A DNA stretch of 64,000 nucleotides from the human T2T-CHM13v2.0 reference genome, Homo sapiens. The position numbers were made by a program, and so were the translations under genes. Positions 1-13,243 of the stretch are shown here, one piece after another. The notes beneath the pieces are model-generated. The model was not told the DNA's origin and made no database searches. It saw only the letters and a list, made by a program, of their open reading frames with translations. The stretch is taken from NCBI RefSeq assembly GCF_009914755.1, contig NC_060930.1; one strand, 5' to 3'. Each line of letters begins with the position of its first letter. The first letter of the stretch is position 1.

Positions 1-169
1 AGAGCCCATGCTTTTAACCCTATGCTATGCACATCAATAAAGAAACATCTACAGGGGTGACTGTGTGTAAAGTGATTTTCAGCCACACCCTTTCAGTCCC
101 CACAACCCATTATCCTTACCCACGCTCCCCTGTGAAAATCTGCCCAGAGGATAGGTCCCTGAGGCTCTG

Positions 170-1265
170 TGCTTTTTCCTTCAATATCTCTCTCTCAGCT
201 CTTCAGACTGGATAATTTCTTTGGATCTCTCTTCATGTTCACTGATTCTTCTGCCATATCCAATCTACTGCTAACTTCATCCAGATAATTTTTCATTTTG
301 CTTATTGTGCTTTTTAGTTGTAAAATTTTGATTTGGTTCTATCATATTTTCCCATTTCTTTGTATGTCTATTAATATTTTATTGACTACAGGACATTTTA
401 GATATGTGGTATAGAGACTCTGGATTTTGTTATCTTACACCAAAGAGTGTTGCCCCTGTTACAGCAAGCAGTTCAGGTACTGGCTAGTCACCTTGAACGT
501 GTGTGGGTTTGTATTATGTTTCGTTAGTACAGATCTGTGGAAAGTTCAAAGTGGTTTCCAGACTTTTTTAATTTGTTGGAACTCAACCTCCAAATTCTGT
601 CTTCTCTGAAGATTGTTTGGTTTCAAGCTTTGTTAGGATGGGTCTAGGGTCTTACTTTAGGGCATGATTCTTACTCCTAAGGCACAGCCTTTCTGATGTC
701 TTTGGGATCCCGGGGATGTGAACAATGTGTTGGAGGTGTTCATGACCTCAGTGTCCCTAATGCACTACTTTTCTCAACCTCGAGTATCTCTATTTCTCTT
801 TCAGCCACATCTCAGCTGCTATCTTATAAGCCTTGGGGCAGGGGATTCTCACCCTGCACATGCCCAGCGCAACCCTTGCCTACAGCCCTTGGAACCTCCA
901 CTAGGACTTCTGGTCCTCCTGAACGGACCAGAACGGCATCCTCTTCTCCAGTGTCTTGCCCTGGAGATCCAGCCACTTCAGCTTTCTCGCACTCTGACCT
1001 CTGTTTTCTCTATAGCTGAATGACTATGGTCTGCTCAGACTCCAGCTCTGTGCAATGGTTGGGGAACTTTCCCCAAGAAAAGAATTGGTTGGTTGTGGGG
1101 CTTACCTTGTGAGTTTCCCTTCCCTCAGGGATTACAGTCTTGCATTGCCTGTGGTGCACTACTGGAAACCATTTGCCTCCTGTACTTTGGCCAGTTTCAT
1201 ATACTCCCTTATATACAGGCTGAATGCTGGTCCAGTATCAGTTCTCCATCATTCCTGGGAGTAGA
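170..1265 (-). mobile_element. Ancient L1 (L1M-type) 5'/ORF1-region fragment
   Basis: T-rich degenerate sequence resembling antisense old L1 ORF1 (tcttcagactggataatttct...ttctgccatatccaatctactg). Boundaries approximate. Confidence 0.5.
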
Positions 1266-4200
1266 AGAGAAGCTTTGTCTCTATAATTAGAGGACATGTT
1301 ACAACCCATGTTGCCATATGTTCCAGACATGGGTTGTTTGCTACCCACTCTACCAACAATAAACACTGAGTTAGCCGTGGGGTGTGACTACTCTGACCTA
1401 AAGCTGTTTCCAGTGTTTACTTTGAAGGAGGAGCCTCTGGAGACAGATTTAGCATCAGACTCAGCATGTTCATTTGCAGAGGAGAGAAAGGCTGGTGGGA
1501 AAGAGGCCCCAGGTATCTTTGGTCAAACTTTTGCCTGCCATCTTATTTTAGGACCAGTATCCGGATAAGAAAGGTATTTCTTGAATGATAGAAGACGTGC
1601 TCCTAAGGAAATATGCAATACTTTAGAAATTAGAGATAAATGCTTTATAATTTTACGTCTAGATAAGCACCCTGATATTGCAGGTCAAAAAATTAGATAA
1701 ATATTGATAGAAAGCTGGCATCAAAGTACCTAATGAGGTCTTATTTATTATCTCAAAAATGGGAAAATTCAGTGTTAGTGTATCCTCTCTCACAAGTGGG
1801 GGATGGGGGTGGTTATTCAGTGCCTATGAAATTTTCTCTCTACTATAAATTCTCAAGGAAGAAAATGTTAGGGAAGCAACAATGTGACATCTAAAGCAAT
1901 AATGTGATGGGTGTGACCACAGGTGTCTCTTGCCATCTGAACTCCTATGAAATTTCAAGGACCCATACTGGAAGTATGTGCAGATAACCCAGAGCCAGCT
2001 GAGGACCACATTTTCATTATTGCTGCTTCCCTCATTATTGGCTTTTATTATGAGCTAACATTGAAGTTCTATCTAGAACAATGTATATGCATGACATACT
2101 CACGACATCCAGTTATGATCCACTTTTTAGTGTACACACTTCATTTGATTGTCAAATAATTTAACTTTTGTATAGCATTGGTGTCATCATTTATGCTTAT
2201 ATCTGGCACTTGTTGCTACAAAGGTCCTTTGGGATCGCATGCTAAATGCAAAGATAGTAACATGGTACATAATTGCTACAATTTTGTTTTTAGAAAATCA
2301 TTTACTGTATTTACTTAACCTAACATTTTAAATACCCCAATCCAGTATCAAAACAAGATTAAACCAGCAGTTGCATGATTTATTAAGCTAGTATTGCAGA
2401 AGAACTCTCCATGTAATCTGAAAAATCAAATGTAGTAGGAAAAAAAATAACTTAGGCAAACGTAAATGATAATGTTAAATAAAAGAATACAAAAAAGCTC
2501 TCCTTCCAACCTGCACCTGCATTTTAGGTGGACTTTAGAAGACTGTGGTGTTTCTGTAACTGTTAATAAGCATTCATAAGACCCCAGAACAGAGCTTCAC
2601 AGCCAAGCAGAAATACATGATGCGTAACTCTAATGCTTTTGACAGAATTGGAGCAAAAGAAATAAATAATTTCACTCATTCTTAATTTGTACACAGACCA
2701 TCTAGAAAGCTCCTAGTTTTGCTTTTAGTAGCATCTGTACACTCGGTTTTTTCAGACAAGACGTCAGCTAGGGTAAAATAAAATGTATTCCTACATGAGC
2801 AATTTTATTTGAGAATCTGCAGAAACAGGAATGATCTCTATGGCATTTTTAAATTGTAACATTAAGTGCTAATGTGTATGACTTCCAGACATCTGAAGCC
2901 ATAAACTTCTTTGCAAGTTACATGCCGACACTTCATTTGGGCAGTAAATCAGCTGTCACAGTGACTTACTGCAATGACAGCAAAAGCTCCAGCACTCCAG
3001 ACAGTGGGATTTTTATGCTGCCAGCAGAAAGGTCTTTTCATAGACACTCTTACAAGAAATCAAAATTCTATTCTATTAGTATCCAGCATTCGGCCAATTT
3101 TTGACCTTAAAAATTGGTAATGTCATATGATTCAACCTAATATTTGATACATATGAACTTTTAAAAGGTTGTTTTGGAATAAAAACATGAGTATCTCAGT
3201 TTTCTGTTCAGAGTAGATGGACTATCACTGTCAGATATCTAAGTGGTCAGCTGTTTTTCCTTAGGATTATATAACTGGTTAGATCAATTCAAACATAACC
3301 AACGGCTTCTTGGTGTTAGCCGGGATGTATGCACAGCCACCAAATTGTAAGAGAGAAAAAGCGAGCGGTGATGTCTCCCTCTACTGGTGGAAGGTAAAAG
3401 GGTCCTCAAATGAAAAGCCAGGAAGGCTGGGTAGCGGAGGGAAAAGGGTTCAAAGTAAAAAAGAGAGAGGTAGAAAGGAAGAAACAAAGAAGAAAAAGAG
3501 AAGACGGAAAAAGGAGAAGTGGGAGAGAAATCAATGGGGAAGAAGGATAGAGGGGAAGAGAGTTGGTGAGTCCAGAGAGCAAGAAAGTTAAGTAGAAAAG
3601 TCAACAAGAAATGGGCAAATAAGAATTAGAAGCAAAGGTTTAAAAAAAAAAAAAGGGAAGTGTAAGAATATTTGTCATGGCCATCTCCACAGTAACCCTG
3701 AAAATACTGGCCATTTTCCCCCATGACTTTCTCAAATGAGAATCACAGCCATGAAGGTTTATGAACCCATCGCCCTTGGAATTCTGGCAGAGTGGAAAAT
3801 TAGGAAAAGCTCTTTTAAAAAAATCAGGTATCCCTGAGTCATTTGATATCTAAGTTTTTTCTAAGAAGCATATGTTCAAAACAGGCGACGTTTTGAGAGC
3901 GTTTAATGAGAATTGTAAATTCCAGTCAGTAGAGTCATTGCACTACCCTTGGTTGGAATCTGACAAAACTCTGCTCTGTCCACGCCAGTGCTCTCTTCTG
4001 AGCCAACAGGAGATTTAGATGGGTGACACCCTGCAGAACAGAGCCTGGTCCCCGTGTGCCCCAACTGAGATTTGCCTTCTAAATGGAAATCAGTTTGAAT
4101 GTGGCAAAGTGTTTTCAAAGCTGTGAACTACACGCAGGACTTAGATACTTAGGTGCCTGATGCCAGTGCCCCTGCCCCCTGCTGTCATCCCAGCAGGAAA

Positions 4201-4425
4201 GCTGGGGAGGGCACAGAGAGTAGGTTCATTATTACTACAAAAGCAGTCCCTCTATCAGGGGAAACACCCATAGCTAGACTTAGATAGACAGTCATCTTTT
4301 AAGATGTTTAAACAAATCTGTGTAGAAGAGGTGCTTATCATCAGATAAGTCAGGGTTCCAAAGAGTCATTTGGAAAACATTTCTGAGTGACTTCTATATA
4401 GATTTTTTAAATTAAATGGCTTACG

Positions 4426-4747
<322 letters not shown>

Positions 4748-5364
4748 TTAAATGGCTTAGGCTAAACTTCTTCTTTCACAAATATTATTTCACACCTTCT
4801 TCAAGTCCTTAAGCTTCACCCTTGACAAACTCAAGAGCATTTCCAACAAGGTCCTGGCCAGTGAGGCCCACACAGTGTTTGCTACAGTTCTTAACAAGTC
4901 GTAGGTACAGCATGGCAAAGCACCAGTAGGTATGTGCTGGAGTGGGCCAGGTTTGGAGTGGTCTGAACCATGCCATGGGAGACCTCCTTTAAGAAAAAAC
5001 AAACAATATGCAGAGAACGAGGCCTTGGAAAGAGGCTGTGTAAGTAAAGGAGCCTGAAGCATCATTAGCTTCCCAGTAAAGCCACCTCTAGGGCTGTTAT
5101 CTTTAAGTTAGCAAAGGGATGTTTGCAAATGGAAGTCTCCGAAGGTGCACCCAACTCTGCATCAACCCCAACAGGGAACACAGTCTCTCAGGAGCTTAAC
5201 CGACCACTGCCGACAGCCACCTTATCCGAGAAGGTTCTCGTGGGTGTGCAGGAGCTCTTTGCAGGCTTAGGTGGCAGAGAGGTGATCAGGGGAGAGGAAA
5301 AGGGCCAGCAGCTGATGGAGTAGTGCAAAGTAGAAGAATGCACAAGAGAGGGGTGGTGGGGGGG

Positions 5365-5505
5365 GAAGACAGAGAGTGGAGGAGAGCCCACCTCTCCCCA
5401 GAGAGGAAAGTTGAAAGAAACAGAGGGTTGAGGCGAGCCCACCTCTTCCCACAGGGAAGGTGAAAGAGACAGAGAGGGTTGGAAGGAGAGGAGCCCGCCT
5501 CTGCC
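5365..5505. repeat. Degenerate ~50-bp purine-rich tandem repeat (~3 copies)
   Basis: Repeated gagcccacctct(c/t)ccca...gaaaga(a/g)acagag blocks. Confidence 0.6.
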
Positions 5506-6313
5506 CTCAGGCTCCTACTGTGTGACCTTGACTGTCTCCTCCAGCTCCACCCTCGAACATATTTTTCTGTGAGTCTGTGAGAGTCAGTCAGAAGTACTTG
5601 GGCTGAACCCTAAAACAGAATTTGCCAATTAGTCTTCAGTAGAGAAGGCTTTCTTCAGGTCAACAGAGACAAGCAAATCTAATTTGCCATTTCCTTGTTC
5701 CTTAGAGCCAGGGGGTATTGTGTGGACAGAAAGCATTAGGATGAGTGAGGGCTCCAGAGGGGAAGCTTGAAAACAAGATGCCTTGGTCCAGCAAGGGCGC
5801 TGGCTTGCCAGCTGAGCTCTCTGAAGCGGCAGCTCCGCCCTGGGCTCATTCCCAGGCCCGGCCTGCTGGAGGCTGTGCGGAGTTACAGGAAATGGGAGTG
5901 CCGCTGCGGCTCAGCTGCCTCTGTCAGTAAGAATACGAAACGGTGATGTTCATAAAACATTCTTTGCAAAGCACAGTCCGTCCAAACCCTGGTATAGTTT
6001 CCAGAAGACGAATGTTTAATCAATGAGGCTGCTCTGCCTCTGCCTCTGCCCTGTCAAGACTGAGCCCATGTCCTGAGCAGAGCTGACAGCATGGGAGAGC
6101 GCCCGCAGCCTACACAGGCCACAGCTGTCTGCAGCCTGCTCAGTAGCCCCCACCGGAAGGGACCTGCACCCTGAGCTGAAATTCCCTGCAAGAGCAGAGA
6201 AAGCTACTCTGTTGCCCACCTGACAGCTTGGAGAAGCACCGCCGTGGCACAAATGATTGTGGTGATGAGTGGAAAGGATTGTTAACGCTTCACAGTCAGC
6301 CCCTTCCAAGTAC

Positions 6314-6618
6314 TTTTTATTTATTTATTTATTTAGAGACAAGGTCTTGCTCTGTCGCCCAGGCTGGAGTACAGTGGCGTGATCTCAGCTCACTGGAACC
6401 TCTGCCTTCTGGGCTCAAATGATTCTCCTACCTCAGCCTCCTGAGAAGCTGGGATTACATTTGTGTGCCACCATGCCCAGCTAATTTTTGTATTTTTTGT
6501 AGAGATGAGGTTTTGCCATGTTGCCCAAGCTGGTCTCGAACTCCTGAGCTCAGGTGATCCTGCCTGCCTTAGCCCCCCAAAGTGCTGGGATTATAGGCAT
6601 GAGCCACTGTGCCCGGCC
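6314..6618 (-). mobile_element. Alu (AluJ-like)
   Basis: Antisense Alu with (TTTA)n tail; TSD ccttccaagta on both sides. Confidence 0.93.
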
Positions 6619-7849
6619 GCCTTCCAAGTAGTTTCTAATGGCCTTTCCTTTCCTCCAAATAACCCTACTCCCCTCCCCTCCCCCGCACTTTGGCACCTTT
6701 CTTTCCCAAGCCTTCCCCAGCTTCTCAGTGTTTTGCAATTGCACTGTCCAGGCTAAAGCCACAGAAAAGCAAGGATCTTCGTGAGACTTGCTTGCCCTCT
6801 TCATAGCTCCACTATGAACTTTACTCTTGCCTAGGACCTAATCTTTGAGCATCTAAAGCCTGCAGATTCTTGAAGACTGCAGCCCCTCAACCTTCTCTTC
6901 TAGGCTGGAGGGTGGCTCAGGGTGGCCTACTACTTGTGATTTTAGAAAGAAACCCATGAGGCTGGGAAGGAAGTGTGCACTGCATGAAATAAGTGCCTTA
7001 GGATCAGCAGCTTTGGGTGAACTTCCTCCCTCCCCTCAAGGCTGCGTTGTGCATGTTGGCTCTGCACCGCTCTGTGGCTGCAGGGGTATGAGCAATGGCA
7101 GCTCTGTGCGAGTCTCTTATCAGGAAGAGGTCGGAGCACCTAAATCACAAAGCCATTGGTGAGTGGTTCTTCAGTAACTCTAGCCTTCTGATAAAGAGGA
7201 GGAGATAATAAGCCAAATAACATTTATTAAGCATCTGCTGTGTCCAATGTGGAATAGTGGAAAGAGGTCTACCCCAGCTCCAAATCCTAGATCCATCCCT
7301 TACTTTCATCTGTAAGGTCTTGATCGAGCTGTCCAACCCATCTGTGCCCCAGGGTCTTCATTTGTGAAGAGGGGAACAGGCTCATTCTAAGAACTCCTGC
7401 AGAAGTGAAGTGGAGCAGCCACTTTATAGCTTGAGCACAGAGTCCCGATTTGCTCACCTAATATCCATGTCTGTTCCTCCTTCCCATCAAAACACTGCTC
7501 CTGAATCTCACTGAGAAGGTACCGCACAGGCTCAAGTTGAAGATTTATAAGTCCTGTTAAGTCTCTTCTAGCTGTTCTGAAACTTGCCCATAGTTCAAGG
7601 AGAGGGTTTGCGGAGCTATCAGGGGTGCCTGTCGCATAGCCTGGAAATGTGCTTACACTATCTTCTTTGCCCAGTGAGCGAAGGGAAACAGAGGACACGA
7701 GGCAGATATCATGTGACTTAAGAACGCGTGGAAGAATAGGAAACGTCTTCTCAAACGTGGGCATTCTCAGACCACAGAGGCTTCGGGAATGGCTCTTGAA
7801 GCTGTTGGAAATTTAGCAGTGGGGAATTCTAGGCTTTTACCAAACAGTC

Positions 7850-8340
7850 TTTTCTTTTTTTGGTGGTAAAATAGACATGGCATAATATTTGCCACTTTAA
7901 CCATTTGTAAGTATAAGTTCAGTAGTATTAAGTCCGTTGATGTTGTTCTGCAACCACCACTACCACCCATCTCCAGGGCTTCTTCATCTTCCATGGCTGG
8001 AACTCTGCATGCCTTAAACACCAGCTCCCTCTTCCTCCCGCCCCAGCAGCCACCATTCTTCCTTCTCTCTAAGAACATGACCCTCCAGGGACCTTGTTTG
8101 AGTGGAATCACACAGTTATTCGTCTTTTTGTGACTGGCTTGTTTCACTTAGCATGCTTTCCTCAAGGTCCACCCATCTCGTGGATGTGTCCGAATGCACT
8201 TCCTTTTTAAGGCTGAATCAGTAACACTGTGTGTCTACACCGCACCTTGTCCCTGCTGTCATCCATCAGTGGACACTTGAGTCACTTTTGACTTTTGACT
8301 TACTATCAATAACATTGCTATGAACATGGGTGTACAACTC
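7850..8340 (-). mobile_element. L1MB-like 3' end fragment
   Basis: ttttttggtggtaaaata...ccactttaaccatt...gagtggaatcacacag...aacattgctatgaacatgggtgtaca, typical of an antisense L1M 3' UTR. Confidence 0.75.
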
Positions 8341-8623
8341 CTGTATTTTTAAAACAATGTGGTTTAAAAAATGGTTTTCAGCATACAAGAAACAGCCACC
8401 CACTGCTGTAGATGGCCTGTGACTCTGTCCAAGAGATTTTTTTAATTATGTCCTTTAAATTGGGAACCAAGACCACTGGCTTCATAACCAGTGGCTGCAT
8501 GTTATGACTGGGCACCCGTGGTGACTTCATTTGAGCAGAGGCAATTGCAGCACCAGGCGCTGGGTGTCTCTCCCAATGCACCTGGACCACTGTAGGCGCT
8601 CCCTGCCTGGCTGACTGAGGTGT

Positions 8624-8747
8624 CACTAACGGTTTCTCTCTTCTCGCACCCCACCCTCCCCGCCCGTGCCCTGTCCCCATCCCTGTCCCTCCCCACCTCT
8701 GCCCCCTCCTCTCCACCTTCTCTTTGCTGGCGCCTCCCGCTCTCCAG
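8624..8747 (+). promoter_or_regulatory. Candidate distant branch point (CACTAAC) with extended polypyrimidine tract and 3' splice site
   Basis: CACTAAC at 8624-8630; no AG dinucleotide between 8620 and 8745. Confidence 0.6.
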
Positions 8748-9146
8748 TGCGACCAAGACCAGTGCATTCAGAGCACCAAATTCGTTTTGCAGGCTGCAGC
8801 CACGCCCCTGCTGCAGAGCGAGCCCAGCCTCACCAGCGACGAGCTGCACCTGCCCGGGAAGCCTGGCCTGGGCACGCCCTGCGCCAGCCTCACACTGGGC
8901 CCGCCCACACCGCCCGCCTCCATGCCCAACCTCGCCGAGGCCACGCTCGCGGACGTGATGCCCCGGAAAGATGAGCACATGGGCCACCAGTTCCTGACGC
9001 CCGATGAGGCGCCCTCGCCCCCCAGGCTACTGGCGGCGGGCAGCCCCCTGGCGCACAGCCGCACCATGCACGTGCTGGGCCTGGCCAGCCAGGACTCCCT
9101 GCATGAGGACTCTGTGCGCGGCCTGGTGAAGCTCAGCTCCGTGTGA
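8748..9146 (+). CDS. ZDHHC14: Terminal coding exon of palmitoyltransferase ZDHHC14 (C-terminal cytoplasmic tail; upstream exons lie outside the window)
   Basis: Long polypyrimidine tract then CAG|TGC at 8745-8750. The frame reads CDQDQCIQSTKFVLQAAATPLLQ...QDSLHEDSVRGLVKLSSV* (TGA 9144-9146), which I recognise as the ZDHHC14 C-terminus with the type I PDZ ligand LSSV. The exon is GC/CpG-rich with coding-like codon usage. Confidence 0.93.
   Translation, partial: CDQDQCIQSTKFVLQAAATPLLQSEPSLTSDELHLPGKPGLGTPCASLTLGPPTPPASMPNLAEATLADVMPRKDEHMGHQFLTPDEAPSPPRLLAAGSPLAHSRTMHVLGLASQDSLHEDSVRGLVKLSSV
8781..8793 (+). other. ZDHHC14: Alternative in-frame 3' splice acceptor (ttcgttttgcag|G) removing 15 aa
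   Basis: AG at 8791-8792 preceded by a T-tract, exactly 45 nt downstream of the first acceptor. Consistent with my recollection of a ZDHHC14 isoform 15 aa shorter. Confidence 0.75.
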
Positions 9147-9940
9147 CCCACATGGCCCCAGGCCGGGGGACACCAGAGGCTCCTCCATGGGCAGCAGGAG
9201 TGAGCGGAGGGGTGTGTCCCACAGCGACTTTCCCAGCCAATGCCACGGTGGAGATGACAGCCCCAGGTCTGGGGTACAGAGACCACTTAGGATGGCACAG
9301 GGTGGCTGGCCCCGGATGCTGAGAGCTTGGTTTCATTTGAATTTTCTTCCCCAACCTGAGTGCTTTGACAACAATGGAAATAGAGAAGTGGCTGCTTTCT
9401 TTTGGTGACCCTCCAGGGGTGGAATCGGAGTGTGTCTGCCCGCCCTTGTGACAGACACACGGAAGGCTTCTGACGCTTGTGGCCAGACTGCAATTGCACT
9501 TATGTGTTATGCTACTAATATTTGAAACAGACCTGCCATTCCATTTGTTAATTAAAAAAAAAAAAAATCCTAAAGGGAAAAAACCGACCAGGTGTGGATC
9601 TGCATGCCACGCTGCCGTCTGTGTTACAGTGGTGTTGCTATTTCCAAGGAAGTGCTGCTTTCTTTTTCTTTTTTTAATTTTGTGAATTTTCAAGTGCTGT
9701 TTTGTTGGAAGACAGTGCAACGAACTGAGACTAATGGACAGTGTCATCACTCAGCTTACTGGGCTGAGGCGTCTGTGGAGAGGTGGCACCGGGGCTGCAG
9801 AGGGCGGCTGGGGTTCCGTCGTGTCGGGTGTCACTTCACCTTCTGTTTGGCCGCTCGATGAGGTCTCGTGTTGAGATATTGTGTGCCACAACCCCCACAG
9901 TCTTCACCTCCGTGTGTGATGAAACTTCCCGTGGACAGCC

Positions 9941-9946
9941 AATAAA
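9941..9946 (+). terminator. Proximal polyadenylation signal AATAAA
   Basis: AATAAA followed ~12-20 nt later by the GU/U-rich tgttattttgg. Confidence 0.7.
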
Positions 9947-12066
9947 ATGACGTCCTCTGTTATTTTGGATCTGCGTACGGTTATCCTTAATAGCATAAAT
10001 GAAAACAAAGTCATCCAGATGGGGAGAGTTTTTCTTGAAATGTCCCTAGCGAGGAATGGTCCCCAGACAACCAAAAGTCAAATCTTTGAACTGGGAGATA
10101 TTTATAGAATAATTTCTTAGATAAGAGGCAAGTTTTCCATCATTTATTTTCTTTAATTATCTCTTTTTGACACCATCTTAGTGGAATTTGCTCTACGTTT
10201 GCAGTTTGCCGTGCAACAGTTGATCGGAAGTAGGGAGAGGGGAGGGGACGCTCAGGGAGAAGGTTCTGTCGGGCGTCTTCTGGGCTTCCTTCTGTGTTAA
10301 CGTGTCACTCAATCCCAGAAGTGCAACTTGAGGTCCTAGTAAAGGTATCAGAAAATGAGGAGGAGAAATCGGCTTACAGTCTAAGCTGAGATCATGTAGG
10401 TCATCATCCTTCCTAGACACTGATCAGAATGAAATTAAGAAAATGACCACTTTGTTCACTTTCATTGGTCACCTAGAAGGGAACGAACTGGCTCTGGACT
10501 TAGGGAGTGTGTCACTATGGGGGCAGCCACAGGGGACACAGCAACTCCTCTCCTGGCTTCTTTCCAGACCATAAATCTAACAGCTAAAGCTACTCAAGTT
10601 CAAAGCCATGGCCTTGCTCCTTATAACCATATGAAAGACAAGACACATTGACCAATGATACAAGTAACCCAAGTGATTTGCATTTATGGAAAAAGGCTAT
10701 TACTCCTGAGAAAGAGTTGCCATTTTATATAAAAGAAAAGAAGATAGGAAAAAGAAAAGCACACAAGTTTTATTTGGAATGAAGGCAATTCACAGGTCAC
10801 AAAATAATTCATGCTGAAAGGGCCTGCAGAGTTCTTGCACTGTGATGTCTTCGAGCCATCTTTATTGTCATGCTGCATGCACGTATAGAAAATGGAATAG
10901 GTCCATTCTATGTAGCCATTTTTGATTTTCTGAACCACCTAACTACTTGTACCCACCTGCAATGTGTAATTCATGGGGCAGTGCCCTCCTTACACAACCG
11001 CACACGCTCACAGGCACCAACTCACAGGGATTCTCCTTGTCCACGCTACCTGTGAGCCCAAAGTGACAGCCCCACAAAGGAGCTTCCACAACTTCCCAAA
11101 CCGTCTCTGCTCCTTGCTTTCTTCCACCTGCTCCCCAGAGGCCCCAGGAAGGAGTTGGCCCTGATGAGAACGGTGCTCCATGGGTGACCGCGAATCCGGC
11201 TTAGCCCTCACTCCGGTCCCACGTGTGGCCCAGTCCATTCTCAGCTCATTCCCCTGGAAAGCAAGATCATGGTCTTCAGAGGCCTCCCGCTTCTAACATT
11301 TCCTAACTCAGTGGTTGCCACTCTCCTGTGACCAGCCCTTCTTCCCACCTCACTGTGAAAAATTCCCAGAAGCCAGGATCACGACTCACTTGTCTTCACA
11401 TAATGGATATTTACTTAATATTTATTATCAATTTCCCCACCTCCAACCCTGTCCCTGGCACACACTTGGCATCATTTATCCAATAGGGGACTGGGAATTT
11501 TGGTGAAGTGAATCAAGGCTATTCAGGGTCAAGAGAGAGATTAACTTGAATGGGCCAATTTGCTAGATAATTAATGTCTTAAAAACCAAAACCAGAGAGA
11601 AGCCCACAGCCCTGTCCTCTGTGGCTTGAAAAAGAAACCCAGCATCAGAGGAATGAGCGATGATGCCCCCTGGGGCGCCCACTTCTGTTTGTCAGGAGGG
11701 ATGGTCGGAGGGGCAGCTCACCTGGCGAGGTGATGGCTCTGCATTTCCCACGAACATATATGTGACATGTACATAAATATAAATACTTATGTTTATAAAT
11801 GTTGAATGGTTCCTTCTAGCTGTGGCTGAGTAGACGTTGGTGTTTCTAACTTCTTTCAGTGTGTTAGAGATTGATTACATGCTAGCTATAAAAAGTAAAA
11901 TAAATATTTTACCATGCTATTAAAGCTTGGACCATTATCAAACACACACAAACACACACTCATTCTGCTGTTTAAAAATTCATCTGCGTTCGTTCTCCCA
12001 GGAGTGCTCCAGGGAACCACAGGCTTCCCGGCACTTGAAGGCTGAACTGAGCGTGAGTGCCCTGGT

Positions 12067-12235
12067 CCCCAGGAAGCAGGCGGATGCTGCAGGAAGGTGG
12101 CAGACAGCCTGCATCCAGGAGGGCCCCAGGAAGTGGGGATGCTGCAGGAAGGCGGCACAAAGCCTGCATCCGGGAGGGCCCCAGGAAGCAGGGGGATGCT
12201 GCAGGAAGGTGGCAGACAGACTGCATCCAGGAGGG
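12067..12235 (+). repeat. Tandem repeat, 55-57-bp unit x3, in the 3' UTR
   Basis: Units ccccaggaag...ggatgctgcaggaagg...cctgcatccaggaggg start at 12067, 12124 and 12179. Confidence 0.9.
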
Positions 12236-13110
12236 CACAGTGACCTGTCACTCCGTTCTGCAGAAATTGGCCCAGCAGTTGCGTTATGCCCAACCAAAAG
12301 ATGCTCGTTCCAGCTTTCAAATGTGATGATTTCAGCCTGTGAGGACAATGCCATGTCCCCACCCTAAGCCAGCAAAATGCGAAATCTCTGTTCTGGCCCA
12401 GAATGGCACAAGGGAGGAGTCTTTGCAGAGTTCCACGCCACCCCCCAGCTTACTGCGGCCTTCACCGGCTCTGTCTAGGATTGCCAGCTGTGGTTCCAAG
12501 TGAGGAGCAAACCCATTTTATGAGCCATGTTCCTGCGGAGACCTGATGGGCCAGGCCTTCTGTGGCTTTGAAAACCCCTAAGCTCTTCACCTCCTGGGCC
12601 TAGGCCTTCTTGTCTGACTCAACAGCAAGAAAAATGAACTTGCCAAAATTGGCAGTAGGTGTCCTTGACACAGGGGCTTCTGATGGCATCGCCCAGAAAA
12701 TGCTGGAACCAGAACTGGTCAGAGACTTTGAAGGGCACAGCCTGGCGGGCTACTCCCCAAGGGTCTCAGGTCTCTGCCCACCTGACTACCCTGCAGCAAA
12801 CGCTTCTCTGTAACCTGACTTCTCCCTTCAGACCTCAGCCTACAACCATCCTCTTCATGCCAGGAACCAACTGCTTCTCAGCCTCGGCTTAGGGTCTTAA
12901 GTTCACCAGAAGGGATCGGGGTTTGCGTTGATATTATAAGGAATCTTCCCAGAAGGAGCTGCCCTTCATCCATCCACAAGAATACATTGAGTTCATTTAG
13001 TTCTTGACCAGGTAAGAAAAGAATAAAGGAGAACAAATATTAAATACTCTTTTCTAATTGATGCCTTACTACTGTTTTGAAGCTGAGCCGAAATCAAATT
13101 GATGTTTACA

Positions 13111-13243
13111 TTTTCTATCAAGTACACATGAGCTGTGGGAGTCTAGCATATTCTTGTCCAAAAGAGAGAGACTTTCAAATGAATTCCTATTCCTCTTGGT
13201 CCCCTCCACCTATTTTGGAGGTCTGCATGTGGAGTTGTATGCT
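13111..13243 (+). repeat. Copy 1 of a ~130-bp dispersed direct duplication
   Basis: Shares gagtctagcatattctt-tccaaaagagagagactttcaaatgaatt...ccctccacctatt-tggaggtctg with 14722-14856. Confidence 0.9.

Noticed and set aside
3420-3660. Lys/Arg/Glu-rich ORF 3310-3591
   Set aside because: Low-complexity purine-rich intronic tract.
5123-5323. Short ORF MQMEVSEGAPNSASTPTGN... in the last intron
   Set aside because: Looks mildly coding-like, but I cannot match it to a protein or find a clear acceptor. Needs BLAST and RNA-seq.
8378-9750. Antisense and alternative-frame ORFs over the ZDHHC14 exon
   Set aside because: Expected from the high GC content of the real exon; no independent support.
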